Source: an uncultured Thiohalophilus sp. | Lineage (GTDB): Bacteria; Pseudomonadota; Gammaproteobacteria; UBA6429; Thiohalophilaceae | Assembly (NCBI GenBank): GCA_964575555.1 | Contig: CAZNRP010000002.1 | Coordinates: forward strand, 1-63,058 | DNA length: 63,058 nucleotides | Direction of reading: 5' to 3' | In this document: one piece after another, positions 58,775-63,058 of the stretch | Position numbering within the stretch: the stretch's first letter is position 1 | Layout: each line of letters starts with the position of its first letter | Translations under genes and position numbers: made by a program | The notes under the pieces: model-generated | What the model was told of the DNA's origin: nothing | The model's input: the letters and a program-made list of their open reading frames with translations, nothing else | Database searches by the model: none

Positions 58775-59221
58775 ATGACTCTCACGACTCGCATAACTGA
58801 CGATGTTAAAACCGCGATGCGCAGCAAAGACAAAGATCGTCTTGGTGTGCTGCGCCTGATTACCGCTGCGATTAAACAAATCGAAGTGGATCAGCGCATT
58901 ACGCTGGATGATGATCAGGTCATTGCGGTGTTGGAGAAAATGCTCAAGCAGCGCAAAGATTCCATCGAACAATTCAGTAAAGCCGGACGCGATGAACTGG
59001 TCGCGCAGGAAGCCTCTGAAATTGTCATCATTCAGGAATACCTGCCTGAACAATTGTCCGAAGATGAGCTTGGCAGCATGATTGACGAGGCCATCAGCGC
59101 CACCGGTGCTGCCAGCATGAAAGACATGGGCAAGGTGATGGGCATGCTCAAACCTAAACTGGCTGGTCGCGCCGATATGGGGTTGGTCAGCAAGATCATT
59201 AAAAATCAGTTATCCGGCTGA
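58775..59221 (+). CDS. GatB/YqeY domain-containing protein
   Basis: Start trimmed to ATG 58775 (MTLTTRITDDVKTAMRSKDKDRLGVLRL). Typical YqeY N-terminus and length. Confidence 0.85.
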   Translation: MTLTTRITDDVKTAMRSKDKDRLGVLRLITAAIKQIEVDQRITLDDDQVIAVLEKMLKQRKDSIEQFSKAGRDELVAQEASEIVIIQEYLPEQLSEDELGSMIDEAISATGAASMKDMGKVMGMLKPKLAGRADMGLVSKIIKNQLSG

Positions 59222-59231
59222 CAGGGCCAAA

Positions 59232-59280
59232 GGACGAGTAACGAGGGACAAAGGCTTTTTTCCTTGTCACTCGTCCCTCG
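59232..59280 (+). other. Compound stem-loop between the yqeY-like gene and dnaG (possible attenuator or processing site)
   Basis: ggacgagt (59232-39) pairs perfectly with actcgtcc (59269-76). An inner stem gacaa(a)gg / ccttgtc encloses a T-rich loop. Confidence 0.4.
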
Positions 59281-59298
59281 CCACTGGATACTTGTTTT

Positions 59299-61104
59299 AT
59301 GGCTGGTCGCATTCCCCAATCTTTCATCGACGATCTAATCAACCGGGTTGATATCGTTGAACTGGTGGATAACCGTGTACCGCTAAAAAAAGCCGGGCGC
59401 GAATACACCGCCTGTTGTCCCTTTCATAGCGAAAAAACCCCCTCGTTCACCGTGAGTCCGGCCAAGCAGTTTTTCCATTGCTTCGGCTGTGGTGCGCATG
59501 GCACTGCGGTGGGCTTTTTAATGGAATATGATCATCTGAGTTATCCCGAGGCTATCGAGGAACTGGCTCGGCAGGCCGGGCTGGAAGTGCCCTATGAAGG
59601 GGGGGCCCGGGCCAGTGTCGATCCTGCCCGGCAACAGCAAAGTCAGGATTTTTACCTCATTCTCGAACGGGTGGATCAATTTTACCAGCAGCAACTGCGT
59701 CAGCACTCTCAGGCACAACGGGCAGTGGAGTACTTAAAGCAGCGGGGCTTGAGTGGTGAGATAGCGGCTGAATTCGGGATTGGCTTTGCACCGCCCGGCT
59801 GGGACAGCCTGATTCAGAGTATGGCTAATAGTGATGCACTGCAGGAACAACTGGTGACCACCGGGATGCTCATCCGTAAAGATGATGGGCGTTGTTATGA
59901 TCGTTTTCGGGATCGCATCATGTTCCCGATTCGAGATCGGCGCGGTCGCTGTATTGGCTTTGGCGGGCGGATTCTGCCGGATGCCGAGGAAGTTCAAAAG
60001 GCGCAGGATAATGCCGGTAAAAAGCCGGCAAAATACCTGAACTCCCCAGAAACGCCGTTATTCCATAAAGGTCAGGAGCTTTATGGTCTGTTTGAGGCTC
60101 GTCAGGCCTTGCGTGATATTCCCCGCCTGCTGGTGGTGGAAGGCTACATGGATGTGGTGGCGCTGGCAGAGGCAGGCATCCGTTATGCGGTTGCCACCCT
60201 GGGGACTGCTACCACGGATCAGCATCTTAACCGCCTGTTTCGTCTATGCAATGAAGTTGTATTTTGCTTTGACGGGGATCGTGCCGGGCGTGAAGCGGCC
60301 TGGCGGGCGTTGGAGAATGCCCTGCCTGCGATGCAGGATGGACGGCAAGTCCGCTTCATGTTTCTGCCGGATGGGGAAGATCCGGATACCCAGGTAAAGA
60401 AAATTGGCCGGCAACAATTTGAAATAGATGTGGATGCGGCCATGCCTTTTTCCGAATTCTTTTTTGAGCGGCTGAAAAATCCCCTGAATATGAAGAGTCT
60501 GGACGGGCGTGCGCAACTGGTGAGCCTGGCAAAGCCTCTGTTAAGCAAGCTGCCTGATGGAGTGATGAAGCAGATGTTGAACCAGCATCTGGATAAACTT
60601 AGCGGCCTGCAGACTCAGAACCCTGCTCGCCAGACTTCGATTGGCCGGACTTCACGTTTTGCGGGTCGTTCCCGGTTTCAGCAAAATCTGCCGCCGTCGC
60701 CAATTCGATATATCTTACAGCGACTATTGCATCAACCGTCATTGGCACAGCAGGCAGTTGATCCGGAACGTTTTGCCAGCGGGGACATACCGGGCTTGAA
60801 TTTACTTCTCGAAGTGCTTGAAGTTTTTCAGAAAAATACCACACTTACCACTGGTAGCCTGATCGAGCAATATCGTGAAACTGAGAAAGCTTCACACCTG
60901 CAAAAATTGGCAAGCTGGTCTCCGGTCGTTGACGATGAGGCCATATTGGCGGAAGAATTTAGTACCGCCCTGAACAAACTGGAACGTGTTTGCCTGCAGC
61001 AGCGGCATGATGCTCTTTTAGTGCAGTCAGATCTTGGGCAGCTTTCGCCGGATGAAGAAATGGAATATCGTCAGTTGTTCGAAAAATTGAAACAATATAA
61101 ATAG
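59299..61104 (+). CDS. dnaG: DNA primase
   Basis: Zinc ribbon CCPFHSEKTPSFTVS...FHCFGCGAHG, a TOPRIM region (VVEGYMDVVAL ... CFDGDRAGREAA) and a C-terminal helicase-binding domain. Confidence 0.97.
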   Translation: MAGRIPQSFIDDLINRVDIVELVDNRVPLKKAGREYTACCPFHSEKTPSFTVSPAKQFFHCFGCGAHGTAVGFLMEYDHLSYPEAIEELARQAGLEVPYEGGARASVDPARQQQSQDFYLILERVDQFYQQQLRQHSQAQRAVEYLKQRGLSGEIAAEFGIGFAPPGWDSLIQSMANSDALQEQLVTTGMLIRKDDGRCYDRFRDRIMFPIRDRRGRCIGFGGRILPDAEEVQKAQDNAGKKPAKYLNSPETPLFHKGQELYGLFEARQALRDIPRLLVVEGYMDVVALAEAGIRYAVATLGTATTDQHLNRLFRLCNEVVFCFDGDRAGREAAWRALENALPAMQDGRQVRFMFLPDGEDPDTQVKKIGRQQFEIDVDAAMPFSEFFFERLKNPLNMKSLDGRAQLVSLAKPLLSKLPDGVMKQMLNQHLDKLSGLQTQNPARQTSIGRTSRFAGRSRFQQNLPPSPIRYILQRLLHQPSLAQQAVDPERFASGDIPGLNLLLEVLEVFQKNTTLTTGSLIEQYRETEKASHLQKLASWSPVVDDEAILAEEFSTALNKLERVCLQQRHDALLVQSDLGQLSPDEEMEYRQLFEKLKQYK

Positions 61105-61317
61105 AAGCGGCTACAAAGGTGAGGAAAACCTTGAAATCAGGGCTTCATGCCCACACAAAGCTTGTCCGTAGCAATGAATACGCGTGGCGAAGCTATGTGA
61201 AAAAATCGCCAAATCAAGCATTAGAGCTGGAATAAATTAGACTTTCGTGTAAACTTGGTTAGTTTTTCGTCGCCATTTATGGAACCGACTCATATGAATC
61301 CTGTCAGAGTGCAAGTA

Positions 61318-63058
61318 ATGGATCAGAATCAGCAGCAATCACAGCTTAAATTATTGATCGCAAAAGGAAAGGAGCAAGGCTACCTGACCTATGGCGAGGT
61401 CAATGATCATCTTCCCAACGACATCGTCGATCCCGAACAGATCGAAGACATTGTCGCAATGATTAATGACATGGGCATTCGGGTGTATGAAACCGCCCCC
61501 GACAATGACACCATACTTGAAGCTAATAATACGGTGGATGAAGATGCGGCGGAAGAAGCCGCCGCCGCATTAGCCAATGTCGACAGTGAATTTGGTCGCA
61601 CTACTGATCCGGTACGTATGTATATGCGTGAAATGGGCGCGGTTGAATTGCTGACCCGTGCGGGCGAAATTGAAATAGCCAAACGCATTGAAGAAGGTCT
61701 GGGTCACATGATGTCCGCACTGGCGATTTATCCGGCGACAGTTGATGAATTACTGGTCAGCTACGATAAAATTGCCAAAGAAGAGATGAAGCTAACGGAT
61801 ATTATTTCTGACTTCATCGATCCCAATGCGCCGGATAATATTCCCACTCCCGCTGAAGTGGCGGCTAGCCGTGAAGCTGCGGCCAATAGCGATGATGATG
61901 AAGTTGTCGATACCGGCCCGGATCCGGAAGAAGCCCGTGAGCGCTTTGAGAAAATTCGTAAATTGCAAAAGCGTGTTATTAGCGCGATCAGCAAGCACGG
62001 TCACACCGACAATAAGTGCGAAAAAATCCGTCAGGAACTGATTGCCGAAGTGATGCAGCTGAAGTTGACACCGAAGACGGTCGAACGTCTGCTCAACAAT
62101 ATGCGTAACCTGATCAGAAATATCCGCAGACATGAAAAAGTCATCATGACGTTCTGCGTTGATGAAGCACAGATGCCACGCAAGGAGTTCATAACTTCCT
62201 TCCCGCAAAATGAAACTGATTTGAGCTGGTTGCAAAAGCATATTGATGCCGGTGCAAAATATTCTAGCGTACTTGAAGAGCACAGCGAAGAAATTTTACG
62301 GGCTCAGCAAAAGCTCCGCGCACTGGAATCCAACAGTGGTATTACCATCACCGACATCAAGGACATCAACCGTAAAATGTCCATTGGTGAGGCCAAGGCA
62401 CGCCGTGCGAAAAAGGAAATGGTTGAAGCCAACCTGCGGTTGGTGATCAGTATCGCCAAAAAATATACTAACCGTGGATTGCAGTTCCTCGATCTCATTC
62501 AGGAAGGCAATATCGGCCTGATGAAAGCAGTGGACAAATTTGAATATCGTCGTGGTTATAAATTTTCAACCTATGCCACCTGGTGGATTCGTCAGGCCAT
62601 AACCCGCTCGATTGCGGATCAGGCGCGTACTATTCGTATTCCTGTGCACATGATCGAAACCATCAATAAACTCAACCGTATTTCACGGCAGATGTTGCAG
62701 GAGATGGGCCGTGAAGCCACACCGGAAGAGCTTTCTGAACGCATGGAAATGCCGGAAGACAAGGTTCGTAAAGTGTTGAAAATTGCCAAAGAACCGATTT
62801 CCATGGAAACCCCCATTGGTGATGATGAAGACTCGCACCTGGGTGACTTCATTGAAGATCAGAATGTGATTTCACCGGTTAACTCGGCGACTTCATCGGG
62901 TCTTTCTGAAACCACCCAGCATGTGCTGGAAGGACTGACTGCACGTGAAGCGAAAGTTCTACGTATGCGCTTTGGTATCGACATGAATACCGATCATACT
63001 CTGGAAGAAGTGGGCAAACAGTTTGATGTTACCCGCGAGCGTATTCGTCAAATTGAAG
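61318..63058 (+). CDS. rpoD: RNA polymerase sigma-70, 3'-truncated by the window edge
   Basis: Absent from the ORF track. Hand translation gives [33 protein letters not shown]...[12 protein letters not shown]...[56 protein letters not shown]. An in-frame ATG at 61294 is an alternative start. Confidence 0.95.
   Translation, partial: MDQNQQQSQLKLLIAKGKEQGYLTYGEVNDHLPNDIVDPEQIEDIVAMINDMGIRVYETAPDNDTILEANNTVDEDAAEEAAAALANVDSEFGRTTDPVRMYMREMGAVELLTRAGEIEIAKRIEEGLGHMMSALAIYPATVDELLVSYDKIAKEEMKLTDIISDFIDPNAPDNIPTPAEVAASREAAANSDDDEVVDTGPDPEEARERFEKIRKLQKRVISAISKHGHTDNKCEKIRQELIAEVMQLKLTPKTVERLLNNMRNLIRNIRRHEKVIMTFCVDEAQMPRKEFITSFPQNETDLSWLQKHIDAGAKYSSVLEEHSEEILRAQQKLRALESNSGITITDIKDINRKMSIGEAKARRAKKEMVEANLRLVISIAKKYTNRGLQFLDLIQEGNIGLMKAVDKFEYRRGYKFSTYATWWIRQAITRSIADQARTIRIPVHMIETINKLNRISRQMLQEMGREATPEELSERMEMPEDKVRKVLKIAKEPISMETPIGDDEDSHLGDFIEDQNVISPVNSATSSGLSETTQHVLEGLTAREAKVLRMRFGIDMNTDHTLEEVGKQFDVTRERIRQIE

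Noticed and set aside
58478-59053. 191-aa minus-strand ORF spanning rpsU and the yqeY-like gene
   Set aside because: It overlaps two clearly genuine plus-strand genes, one of them S21. It has no recognisable motifs and crosses an intergenic region.
61792-62283. 163-aa minus-strand ORF inside rpoD, plus several other antisense ORFs in rpoD
   Set aside because: The plus strand encodes canonical sigma-70 regions. These are antisense artefacts.

Overview
This window looks like chromosomal DNA from an unidentified gammaproteobacterium, judged from synteny shared with E. coli and Pseudomonas. I found no rRNA, tRNA, CRISPR array, transposase, integrase or phage gene.

Most of the window is housekeeping genes in familiar blocks:
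- fdx-coaD-rsmD, an M16 peptidase pair, then ftsYEX and rpoH
- rimO
- argH, algZ/algR, hemCDXY, ubiB
- gpmI-envC-ctpA-yibQ-yajL
- an ArsR-like gene, a DUF2892 gene, a rhodanese gene, then grxC-trxC-secB-gpsA
- uppP
- folK-folB / plsY / tsaD / rpsU-yqeY-dnaG-rpoD

Two ORFs cut by the window edges are missing from the supplied track. I recovered both by hand translation: 1..1661 on the minus strand, and rpoD from 61318 to the window end.

Three things stand out as non-core:
- **PspA-centred operon (13951-21543).** Nine tightly packed genes around a PspA/YjfJ homologue. They include a membrane-anchored aminopropyltransferase, YjfI- and YjfK-like proteins, a tandem ribbon-helix-helix (RHH) protein, a K+ channel, a lipoprotein with a Ser/Arg/Tyr-rich tail, a double-DUF350 protein and an M50B-like protease. 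REP-like repeat copies sit on both sides.
- **AT-rich cassette (36100-40923).** Three genes: a thiamine-diphosphate (TPP) carboligase-like enzyme, a 610-aa orphan protein with GT-A-like motifs, and a CapK/PaaK-like adenylating enzyme. A MITE-like inverted-repeat element borders it.
- **Short palindromic repeat families.** These fill several intergenic regions, including a striking repeat-only folB/plsY divergent spacer.

All functional calls come from motif recognition by eye. No database search was run.
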